Shown: positions 49,262-58,600 of the stretch, piece after piece
How the letters are laid out: each line of letters opens with the position of its first letter
How positions within the stretch are numbered: position 1 is the first letter of the stretch
Origin: Bacillota bacterium
GTDB lineage: Bacteria; Bacillota; Sulfobacillia; Fermentithermobacillales; Fermentithermobacillaceae
Direction: 5' to 3'
Assembly (NCBI GenBank): GCA_033810155.1
Contig: JAPXKJ010000002.1
Location: 12,252 to 76,251 of the forward strand
Length of the DNA: 64,000 nt
Notes under the pieces: generated by a model
The model's database searches: none
What the model was told of the DNA's origin: nothing
The model's input: only the letters and a program-made list of their open reading frames with translations
Position numbers and translations under genes: made by a program

Positions 49262-50647
49262 TCATAGCCGAACTACCTTGCTCTCATCATATACTTTACC
49301 TTTCAGCGCATTCCTAGTATCGAGAATCAACTGTGCTTTGTCGACTACCCACTGATAATCAATGTTCGAGTGATCGGTAGTTATGATTACTATATCTGGG
49401 TTTCTTAGTGTTTCCTCAGTTAAAGGTACACTTTCCAGCACAATAGACTTACACTGATCCTGGTTTCCGGCAGCAACTGGAATAGCAATCTTCGGTATAT
49501 AAGGGTCGTGGTAAGAAACTTCCGCTCCTTCTTTAAGCAAAAGGCTTATTACTTTCAAAGCAGGCGACTCTCTATCATCTGGAATATCCTTTTTGTATGT
49601 CACCCCAAGAACCAGCACCTTTGCCCCTCTAAGAGATTTACGCTGGGTACCTAAAAGCCTGCCCGCCTTCTCCACCACAAAATATGGCATCCTAAGATTG
49701 ATCTCACCTGCAAGCTCAATAAAACGGGTTGCGAAGTCATACTCCCGAGCCTTCCAAGAAAGATAAAAAGGGTCTATAGGAATGCAGTGCCCACCTACCC
49801 CAGGTCCTGGATAAAAAGGCTGTATCCCAAATGGCTTAGTAAAAGCTGCATCAAGGACTTCCCAAACATCAAGTCCCATCCTGTCACACAAAAGCGCCAT
49901 TTCGTTAACAAGAGCAATATTAACAGCTCTGTAAGTGTTCTCAAAAACCTTTGCCAGCTCAGCAACAGCCGGTGATGACACTTTTACAACTTCCAAGATG
50001 GTCTGAGAATAGAAAGTAGACGCCACATCCAAACATGAAGGCGTAACCCCGCCTACCAATTTATTCGTGTTTTTCGTAGTGTATCTCGCGTTTCCCGGAT
50101 CTACCCTTTCAGGTGAAAAGGCTAAGAAGAAATCTTCACCCACCTTGAGCCCTGACTTGGCTAAGATCGGAAGTATGACTTCTTCAGTAGTACCGGGATA
50201 AGTGGTACTCTCCAGGCACACCAATTGTCCCCTGTGGAGATGTTTAGATATATCTTCAGAAACACCCACTATGTATTGAAGATCAGGTTCCCTATTTACG
50301 GTGAGAGGAGTAGGCACGCATATTATCACCACGTCACACTCATCTAACACGTCAAACTCAGTCGTAGCTTTAATCAGGCCTTTTTCAACTGCTTCTTTCA
50401 GTTCCTCAGATTTAACATCGAGTATGTAGTTTTCACCTCTATTGATCATGTCCACTCTTTGCGAATTCCGATCTATGCACCAAACTCTAAATCCCACTTT
50501 GGCTTTTTCAACAGCAAGAGGAAGACCTACATACCCGGCACCTACTACTGCAACCGCGGCCTTTCTTTCAACTATTTTCTTCTTAAGTTCTGAAACCACA
50601 TGATTTTCAGATATATTCTCCTGTCGATCATCTTTCTTCATCTCCAC
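49262..50647 (-). CDS. UDP-sugar dehydrogenase (UDP-GlcNAc 6-dehydrogenase, WbpA/TviB-like).
   Basis: Rossmann motif VAVVGAGYVGLPLAV. 461 aa. UDPG/MGDP dehydrogenase family. Confidence 0.7.
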   Translation of the reverse strand: MEMKKDDRQENISENHVVSELKKKIVERKAAVAVVGAGYVGLPLAVEKAKVGFRVWCIDRNSQRVDMINRGENYILDVKSEELKEAVEKGLIKATTEFDVLDECDVVIICVPTPLTVNREPDLQYIVGVSEDISKHLHRGQLVCLESTTYPGTTEEVILPILAKSGLKVGEDFFLAFSPERVDPGNARYTTKNTNKLVGGVTPSCLDVASTFYSQTILEVVKVSSPAVAELAKVFENTYRAVNIALVNEMALLCDRMGLDVWEVLDAAFTKPFGIQPFYPGPGVGGHCIPIDPFYLSWKAREYDFATRFIELAGEINLRMPYFVVEKAGRLLGTQRKSLRGAKVLVLGVTYKKDIPDDRESPALKVISLLLKEGAEVSYHDPYIPKIAIPVAAGNQDQCKSIVLESVPLTEETLRNPDIVIITTDHSNIDYQWVVDKAQLILDTRNALKGKVYDESKVVRL

Positions 50648-50717
50648 ACATACCCCTTCTTTTCAGCCAAAAGTAAACCGCCTGTATTCATAATTCATTC
50701 CTGTAAAAACTCTGTAT

Positions 50718-51839
50718 TTAAAAACCGCTAAAGGCAGAAATTGCATCTACAACATAATCTACCTGATCATCTTTCAGTTCAGGGAACATAGGCAGGGACA
50801 ATACAGTTTTAGATGCTTCCTCTGAATTAGGAAAGTCTCCTTCTTTGTATCCAAGGTCAGAAAACACCTTCTGAAGATGCAAGGGTAGAGGATAGTACAC
50901 AGTAGAAGATATACCTTTATCCTTAAGATAGGCCTGTAAGTCATCTCTATTCTTTGCCCTTATGGTGTATTGATGGTACACATGCCTATTCCCATCCATT
51001 TCCTTAGGAAGCACCAAGTTCCCAGATTTGACTGCATAAGTTCCAGATAGTCCGGAAGTGTATCGCTGGGCGATCCTACGTCTGCTTTCAGTCCATTCTT
51101 CAAGATACTTAAGTTTCACCGAAAGCACCTTTGCTTGTAGAGCATCCAGCCTGCTGTTTATGCCTAACATTTCATGATGGTATTTCTTCCTGCTGCCATG
51201 AACTCTCAAGATTCGGCACTTGTCTGCAATCTCATCATCACTGGTAACTATCATACCTGCATCTCCAAACGCTCCTAAGTTCTTCGTAGGAAAGAAGCTT
51301 AGGCATGCAACATCCCCAAGATTACACACCATCCGACCTCTGTAACTAGCCCCTATGGCCTGGGCCGCATCTTCAATTACCTTGAGCCCATGTTTTCTTG
51401 CAATGTCCATTACGGGATCCATGTCTGCCGACTGACCGTACAAATGCACAGGCAAAATCGCTTTAGTCCTAGATGTAATCTTCTTCTCGATGTCCAAAGG
51501 ATCGATGTTGAAGGTTTCAAGATCAATATCAGCAAAAACAGGCGTTGCACCAGCCCTTACAATTGATCCAGCAGTAGCGAAAAAAGTAAAAGGAGTGGTT
51601 ATGACTTCATCCCCCGGCCCTACACCACACGCTACTAGAGCGATATAAAGGGCATCGCTCCCATTACCCACGCCGATACCGTGCTTTACTTCGCAGAGTT
51701 GGGCAATTTGCGTTTCAAAAAAAGCCACAACATCGCCGAGGATAAACTGCCCGCTTAGCACAACATCCTCAATGGCAGCCATAAGTTCGTCTCTCAATCG
51801 CTGGTTCTGTTCTTTAAGATCAAACGACGGTACTTTCAT
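50718..51839 (-). CDS. DegT/DnrJ/EryC1/StrS-family PLP aminotransferase (WbpE-like).
   Basis: 373 aa with the family-typical GDEVITTPFTFFAT block. Confidence 0.7.
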   Translation of the reverse strand: MKVPSFDLKEQNQRLRDELMAAIEDVVLSGQFILGDVVAFFETQIAQLCEVKHGIGVGNGSDALYIALVACGVGPGDEVITTPFTFFATAGSIVRAGATPVFADIDLETFNIDPLDIEKKITSRTKAILPVHLYGQSADMDPVMDIARKHGLKVIEDAAQAIGASYRGRMVCNLGDVACLSFFPTKNLGAFGDAGMIVTSDDEIADKCRILRVHGSRKKYHHEMLGINSRLDALQAKVLSVKLKYLEEWTESRRRIAQRYTSGLSGTYAVKSGNLVLPKEMDGNRHVYHQYTIRAKNRDDLQAYLKDKGISSTVYYPLPLHLQKVFSDLGYKEGDFPNSEEASKTVLSLPMFPELKDDQVDYVVDAISAFSGF

Positions 51840-51938
51840 ATATGTACGCCACCTTTCATTTTCAACGCTTCCGAAAACACTTGTCTATTCACATGTGAAT
51901 CCTACCATAAATAACCCATTGAGCCAGGCAAAATACCC

Positions 51939-52655
51939 CTAATCTTCCTCTTTTGGATAAATAATCTGTTCTTGAGGAACATCCCCAACTACTCTCGCTG
52001 GAACCCCCATGACCTTGACATAAGGCGGAACGTCCTTGGTAACCACACTTCCAGCAGCAACCATGGCTTCTTGCCCTATGACCACTCCAGGAAGGATTAC
52101 TGCGTTGCCTCCAATTCTAGAGCCTTTTTTTGCAGTAACCCCCTTGGTCTTTTCGAACCTTTCCTGTGTTCTGCCCATAAAATTGTCATTAGTAGTGGTC
52201 ACCATTGGGGCAATAAACACATCCTCTTCAAGGATGGAATGAGCAGTGATGTAAGCACCTGTCTGAATTCTAGTTCTGTCTCCCACCTGGCAATCATTCT
52301 CAACGGTCGCCCCGTGCCCCACAATCACCGACTTCCCTATGTTACATCTTTCTCTCACCTGGGCACTGTCTGCTATGAAACAATCCTCACCCAATGAAGA
52401 ACCAGCATAGATCACGGCACCAACACCTACAAGGCATCTATCTCCAATAAATAGCGGGGGAAGATCACCTGAGGTCTTAAGAGTGCTCGACTTGGCCTTA
52501 GTAGGTTTTTGCCCTAAAACAGCGTTGGCCGATATTCTCACGTCGTTCCCAATTCTGGTATCCGCATATATCACAACATTTGGACCTATCTGAACCCCGT
52601 GACCCAAAGTAACGCCTTCTTCGATCAAGGCTGAGGGATGTATATCAGTTCCCAT
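51939..52655 (-). CDS. Left-handed beta-helix (hexapeptide-repeat) N-acetyltransferase (WbpD-like).
   Basis: 238 aa with repeated [LIV]G.N..I hexapeptides. Confidence 0.65.
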   Translation of the reverse strand: MGTDIHPSALIEEGVTLGHGVQIGPNVVIYADTRIGNDVRISANAVLGQKPTKAKSSTLKTSGDLPPLFIGDRCLVGVGAVIYAGSSLGEDCFIADSAQVRERCNIGKSVIVGHGATVENDCQVGDRTRIQTGAYITAHSILEEDVFIAPMVTTTNDNFMGRTQERFEKTKGVTAKKGSRIGGNAVILPGVVIGQEAMVAAGSVVTKDVPPYVKVMGVPARVVGDVPQEQIIYPKEED

Positions 52656-52703
52656 AAAAAACCTTCTTTCCGAAACAAGTGTCTAAGAACGGTTTTCCTC
52701 TGT

Positions 52704-53717
52704 TTAGTCTAAATCTAGCATCTCACTAATGCAACTTATAACCTTAACGGCTGATAGAACCACATCTGGGACTACAACGTCGTGAGAAATATTCGACAGA
52801 AATTCTGAAATGACCTGCTTATGTGCCCAGCTTGGTTCATGTCTCGGTGCATTTTCGCCCCATTTCGCAAGGAAAGCACCCTCATCATCACCTTCTACCC
52901 GCCAGGTTCTGAAAGAGTCGATCCTGCTTCCACCTAATACAGCAGTACCCTTATCCCCAAAAATGCTCACAGTCTGCTCAAGATTTTTCGGGTAGACGTT
53001 TGTAGTCGCCTCTATTAGCCCTAAGGATCCATCCTCCAATTCCATAGTTCCAAGGACCACATCCTCAGTTTCAATATCGTGAAACCTGGTTGCTGAAATG
53101 CCATGTGTCCTTCTTACAAGACTCCCCATAAACCACAAGAGAAGGTCTAGGGCATGCCAAGCTTGATTGAAGAGAATACCGCCATCCATGTTTCGAGTTT
53201 TTCTCCACGGGGCTTCATCATAGTACGCCTGAGACCTGTTCCACCTAAGAGTCACTACGCCATGGCTTAATTTCCCAAATCTGCCTTGAGAAATACAAGA
53301 CTTCAATATCTGACTAGTCTCATAATATCTGTTAGGGTGAACAGTACCCAAGCACCTATTCACGATCTCAGCTTTAGACACGAGTGCTTCCGCATCTTTT
53401 CGGTTAAGCGTGAGAGGTTTTTCAACTAAGACATGTTTTCCTGCACCTAATGCGTCTAATGCCATCTGAGTATGCATACCGCTAGGTGTTGCAACGATCA
53501 CTGCGTCAATCGATGAATCTCGGAGCATTTCCTTATAATCGTCGTACACCTTTTTTGACGCCGTTTTATTAAGATACTTACAAGCAAAGCGCTCCGCCTT
53601 GCTTATATCAACATCCGAAGCGGCGACAAGATTAGCGTTATCTAATTGTAAGAGTGCTTGGCCGTGTTTTTCTGCTATTGCTCCGCATCCTATGATGCCG
53701 AAGTTCACGTTTTTCAA
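52704..53717 (-). CDS. Gfo/Idh/MocA-family oxidoreductase (WbpB-like). The likely TTG start is at 53717 with a GGAGGG ribosome-binding site, rather than the ORF-track ATG at 53756.
   Basis: Rossmann motif FGIIGCGAIAEKH. The TTG-start N-terminus reads (M)KNVNFGIIGCG. Confidence 0.65.
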   Translation of the reverse strand: MKNVNFGIIGCGAIAEKHGQALLQLDNANLVAASDVDISKAERFACKYLNKTASKKVYDDYKEMLRDSSIDAVIVATPSGMHTQMALDALGAGKHVLVEKPLTLNRKDAEALVSKAEIVNRCLGTVHPNRYYETSQILKSCISQGRFGKLSHGVVTLRWNRSQAYYDEAPWRKTRNMDGGILFNQAWHALDLLLWFMGSLVRRTHGISATRFHDIETEDVVLGTMELEDGSLGLIEATTNVYPKNLEQTVSIFGDKGTAVLGGSRIDSFRTWRVEGDDEGAFLAKWGENAPRHEPSWAHKQVISEFLSNISHDVVVPDVVLSAVKVISCISEMLDLD

Positions 53718-53909
53718 AGATAACCCTCCAATAGAGAAAGCGATTCGATACTGCATTTATTCTAACAAGAAGAGCGTTTTCCTGCAGAAGATGTACCATC
53801 GAGTTAAGCTACCGAAAGGCGAAAATAAATGGGCATGCGTTTTGTGCTACTTTGTGCGATCGTATTGTGTACTGCCAGGTCTATAAGCCACAACTACGAC
53901 AATAAAGAC

Positions 53910-54875
53910 TCATTTCTTCCTTCTTGAATAGTACTTATCCAGCTCGTATAGGATCGCCTGGCTGTAGAACTTCTGTTTTTGCGAGTTTGGATTGTTCGAA
54001 TCAAGATAACGCACATAGGTGTACCTTTGATTGCTTTCGAAGCACTTCCTAATACTATGATATTGTTCGTTCACTTTGAAGTCCACGTACCTATCTTTAC
54101 ATTGTTTGGTCAATTCCTTGTAATTCCAGGGATATCTTCTGCGCATCTCTTCATCAGATAATCCAATCTTGACAGCATCAGGGGCATTGCTCAATCGCAC
54201 CGCCGGTGCACTTGAACTGCAAGAACGTACAAATCGGAGTTCAATGCCTACGGCTATCGAATAGGGCGCAGTCTCATCTTCATACCCCGATTTGAGACCC
54301 TCAAGGTATTGTAAGAATTTCTCTTCGTCTTTGCTTATCTTCACTCTCGTCAGAGAACGTTTTGGGTCATCAAATGAAAGCGGAATGGGGTATATATAGA
54401 AACCAGAAAGGTCACGTTGAAACCAGTCCCACACAATGTTAACGAAGTTATTGATACACGCAACACCAAATTCCTGAGCCTGCTCAACCAGTACAGAATC
54501 ATGGTGGTAAAAATGCACGGCGCCGTCACGCAGGGCTGCAAGTGCTTCAATGTTCCGTTCTATGGCTCCATCCAGTGTTTTTTGTTCCACCATAGTTCGC
54601 GCCAACCACTCTAAACTGTGAGTTTTTGGTGTGCCGCTTCGCGTTCGAACATATCTGACTCCTTTTTTAGCCTCACTTCGTTGGATATAAAGACTATTCA
54701 GCTGATTACCGTGGTCTGCAAGCCACTTGGCCTTAAGCAACAACTCCCAAGCGTTAATCGCAAGGATCGTGAAAGATTCCACACGATACGGTAGGTTAGG
54801 TAGATTATACACACCAATAGCGGCAACCATTGCGTTTATTGCCCGATCAACAAGCTCTTTTGATCGTGCCCTCAT
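53910..54875 (-). CDS. HEPN-like domain protein (candidate RNase / abortive-infection effector).
   Basis: 321 aa. A canonical R[NHQD]xxxH motif (ALRDGAVHF) sits about 120 aa from the N-terminus, after an N-terminal helix (AINAMVAAIGVYNLPNLPYRVESFTILAINAWELLLKAKWL) typical of HEPN/Abi families. The gene lies directly between the RT gene and the glycan cluster. Confidence 0.45.
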   Translation of the reverse strand: MRARSKELVDRAINAMVAAIGVYNLPNLPYRVESFTILAINAWELLLKAKWLADHGNQLNSLYIQRSEAKKGVRYVRTRSGTPKTHSLEWLARTMVEQKTLDGAIERNIEALAALRDGAVHFYHHDSVLVEQAQEFGVACINNFVNIVWDWFQRDLSGFYIYPIPLSFDDPKRSLTRVKISKDEEKFLQYLEGLKSGYEDETAPYSIAVGIELRFVRSCSSSAPAVRLSNAPDAVKIGLSDEEMRRRYPWNYKELTKQCKDRYVDFKVNEQYHSIRKCFESNQRYTYVRYLDSNNPNSQKQKFYSQAILYELDKYYSRRKK

Positions 54876-55603
54876 GGCGATACATCCTTTCTTGGCCAGA
54901 TTCTCTTTCGGTTGTAATCTAGGGCACTTTATCCATTGAGAAGGTAGACGGTATTCTGTACCTACTACTCCTCAATTCTTCTCCCAAGAAAGATCGTAGA
55001 GTTCGCAAACTCCCTGTTCTACCTCCGGCTGACCGGGTTGCTACAGACGCAGGGGTAAGATCCATATTGGTGCCATTCTATTTGCTTCCTAAGAGTCTTT
55101 TCGGTCACGGATTTCTACTAGGGTGCCGACACCAAGAGACTCCCAACTTAGCAAGATAATAGCCGTTATCTCTACAGTTCAAAAAGACCCATAATCCTTG
55201 ACCTAGGTCAAGTCTATTTTTGTGTGTTAGATGCTCTAAGCTCAGACAATCTGCTCGTAGAAAACGTAGTGCTACATAGCTCCCTTGTGATGACAATTAC
55301 TTTCCGGGTAGATACCGCAGCCCTTGGGTTTCTCGTATTCTCTCACACGCTCTTTTCGTTCTTCGGCAATTTTGTTCTCTAGGCTGCACCTTCAATACCT
55401 GCTCTACAACCAATTCGAGTAATTCACCCGACTCCGAATCTTGAAAAGTCCATAAAGATTGTTGCTATAAATCTTCTAAATCTAAGGTAAGCCAGTTATT
55501 TCCTACTATAGTCAATTTGACAGTATGGGAGCCCGCCGTCGACACCGCCACACAACAGCTCTTAATCACATCGCAACGCCCTTTAACACAACTGTTTTCC
55601 AAA
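54876..55603. ncRNA. Non-coding gap of about 730 bp between the RT-nitrilase and HEPN genes. Candidate structured ncRNA or long 3'UTR.
   Basis: Gene spacing elsewhere in this window is tight, whereas this gap holds no credible ORF. It carries a perfect 16-bp palindrome CTTGACCTAGGTCAAG (55197-55212) followed by TCTATTTTTGTG. Confidence 0.25.
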
Positions 55604-58600
55604 TCAAGTGCCCAGTTCTACTCTCTCATATCTGTCTCGCTCATGCCTCACCTTCGGAGGCGGCGTCTTAAAATCCTTCAGTCTCTTACGCACGTCATCT
55701 GTTTCCTCTTTGCCCCTTACTTTCAACAACTTCTCCTTCCAATCCTTCTCCTTATCCATCAATTTGTACTCATACTGCACTTCCCTTGCAAGTCTAAGAT
55801 CTTTAACAGGAACGCTAACAGGGATAGCAAGTCCCTTCTGCGAACCACGGACCCTGAAAATCTCCTTCCGATACTCATGCTTAGGAGTCCAAACTGTTGT
55901 TCCGCCGTACATCCCGTGATTTACTGTAATCGCATTGGCATATAACTCATAACCCTTAGCCCAAGTAACTTGCTCGTAAAGGTCAATATCCTGATTAAAT
56001 GCAAGTATAAAAAGGTGATCTAAAGAACCCTTAAGATCCCCCCACTTCCCTGAAGCAAGAACATCCGCACAGATTGTAACCACAAAATTACCCCACCTAG
56101 GATGGAAAAAACACTTCCATGCATTCCCAGAAGCAAAACGCCAATCTGTATCAGGGAAAACATCCTTTAACGCCCTCAAAAGCCCAACCTCAGAAACTGC
56201 AGGAACACATTTGCGTATGGAAAACTGATACACCTCCGTAGGCAGATCAAATTTATAGCCCTTACCATGAGAAGAACTATTCTTATGCGTCTCCCTTGTT
56301 TCCGAACCAGGCATTATCAAAACCGCTTCATTGACCAAACACCTAAGCCCTACCTTACGAACATCACGAACTACTGGCACCGCCCTAGGAAGCTCATAAG
56401 GAAGCAATCCGCACAAGATCGCAATGCCGCTCTGCATGGAAAACCGCCTCAGATCCCTAATGCGCCCCCTATCCACATACCACTCAGGGAACACGATCAT
56501 ATCAGGATAGGGCCTGCTACCTCGATCTCGCCCGTCACCCACAGCTACCCTAGCCTCGCTGTAGGCTTGCTGCAGACTTGCAGCCATTTCCTCCCATACT
56601 TTTTCCATAGATTCCCTGCTTACAGAAAAGAACGGACGATCTCGAGAAGGAAGCCACTTGGAATAATCGGGTATCTCAACGCCTTGAATGAGCCTTAAGT
56701 TAAACTCCTCAGCACAATATGAACTGCTATCGTCATGCAAATTCCCATCAGGAGGTGACATCAAATCCCAACCACCGTTAATATGGAATTCAACACACCT
56801 TATCCATGGATCTTTTAGTAACTCTTTGCACTGATCCTCAGTGGCAGTTATCATCCTCTTACTAACGTCGCTCTCACTTATGATACCAAAACCCTTTTCT
56901 AACTCGTGCATCAGATAATAAGGAAGCATGAGATTTGCTCTAACATCTTTACGATCTGATAAGGGTAGGATCCAAGGGTGAAACTCAAACATTTGGTCTA
57001 GCAATCTTTCAGAACCCTCAAGCAACCATAGAAGAAGAGCTCCTAACTGGGAATCAGGCGTTCTACCTTCATTTAGATAATGTAAACAGATGAACAAAGG
57101 ATGAGGTGCGGGATGACCCAAACCCAATGGGATAACTTCTGTTTTCAACTTAGATCTGCTAGATAAACCTTCTCCGTCCCCTTGTTGATCATCGCCTAAT
57201 AAAAATGACCCCTGAAACACCCTTTCATTGCTATTTACCAACTCATTCCTCCTAAAGTCCACCAAAAGTCTAAAAGAATCATCATCGAGGCAAACTGTAG
57301 AAGGAGCAACCACATTTCCTGCCTTCGCCGCACTTCGCGCACTAGACCATACTTGCCATGCTAAAGGCCACTGCAAGCCTAAAGATGGTACCTGAGAAGG
57401 CCTAGGAGGTCTTTCGGTACAAACTCCTTCTTCACCATCTAGATTGTAAAAGGCATAGTAAAGGGATTTTTCAAACGCACCGGCTCCGTCGCCATCTTTT
57501 AACCCTGTAAAAATGGAGAACCAGTCTTTAAACAAGCTAGTAGGAACGTATATATCGTGTGCCATAAGAAGGCGTCTCAAAGAAGCGTAGTCTTGCAGTC
57601 GAATAAAGCATTTCCACAAGTAGGTCAACCTATCATCTACATATCGTGCCTTAAACGGCCCCGTCACCACAGGATTATCCTTTGAATAAAGCGAATCCCA
57701 AAGAGACACCCGAGCCAATGACGCCCAGTTCGGATCGCAAGTCCCAGGCAAAACCTTAGCCGCAATCTCCCGCTTAGTAATAGCGATCTCATTTTCGTCA
57801 GGTGTGTACCAATTGCCAAAGTAACGCGTGAGCCATAACGAGCTTAGCCCAGAATCTGCGTTATTCCCCGAAGCAACGGGAAAACTACCTTGTCCCTCAT
57901 ATGACGCGGTTCGCCCGAGTAATTCGCGTATTCGCCCTTGGACTTCAAAGTCATGCGAAAGTATCATAGAAATCGCGTAATTTCGCACATCCTCCGGTCC
58001 TAGTGAAGATCTAAATGCTTGAGCACAAGAAGAACCTAGCGAATCCAAAACATCTTCTGCAAAGTCCAAAGCAGTATAGCTCACGCTTTCAGCCCAGAAA
58101 GGTCTATTCCCATCGGGCAGATCCATTATCTCTCTGTGAATTTCATTAAGATTTTCGGCAGATAAGACTGTCAAACAACCATCGATCAGCGCTTCTTGCT
58201 CCCACCACCAAAGAAACGGTTCTTTGGACCACTTCCAAGTCCAATCGCCATACAAAACGCTAGCAAATCTGCTAATATCGCCAAACTCCTTAAGCAATAG
58301 CTTTGCATCTTCGGCGCCGAAAAAGGCCAGCCAACCGCCTAAAAGAGCCTCATCATCACCATCGGCTATTTTCTGCAAGGCATTTATGCAATAGGACCAC
58401 TCTCGCCAAAACTGGGTTCGGTGAAAACTGGTTCTTTCCCGACACCTATGAATTTGAGCCATTCTCAAGCGATCTGCGTACCTACATTTATGTTTAAGGT
58501 CAGGGTAGTCTCTGAACGTTCGTGGATCCCATTCCCATTTGGTGTTTCCAGCCGAAAGGTAGCCTTCCATGTCGACCTCTTCATCCTTAGAAACCCATTG

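Noticed and set aside
55105-55296. 63-codon ORF inside the RT-HEPN gap
   Set aside because: It has no ribosome-binding site and no recognisable motif, and it sits in a region better explained as non-coding. It is kept only as a remote possibility of a small protein.
55517-55945. 142-aa plus-strand ORF overlapping the RT 3' end
   Set aside because: It is antisense to the RT-nitrilase C-terminus, has no ribosome-binding site and is low-complexity. I consider it spurious.
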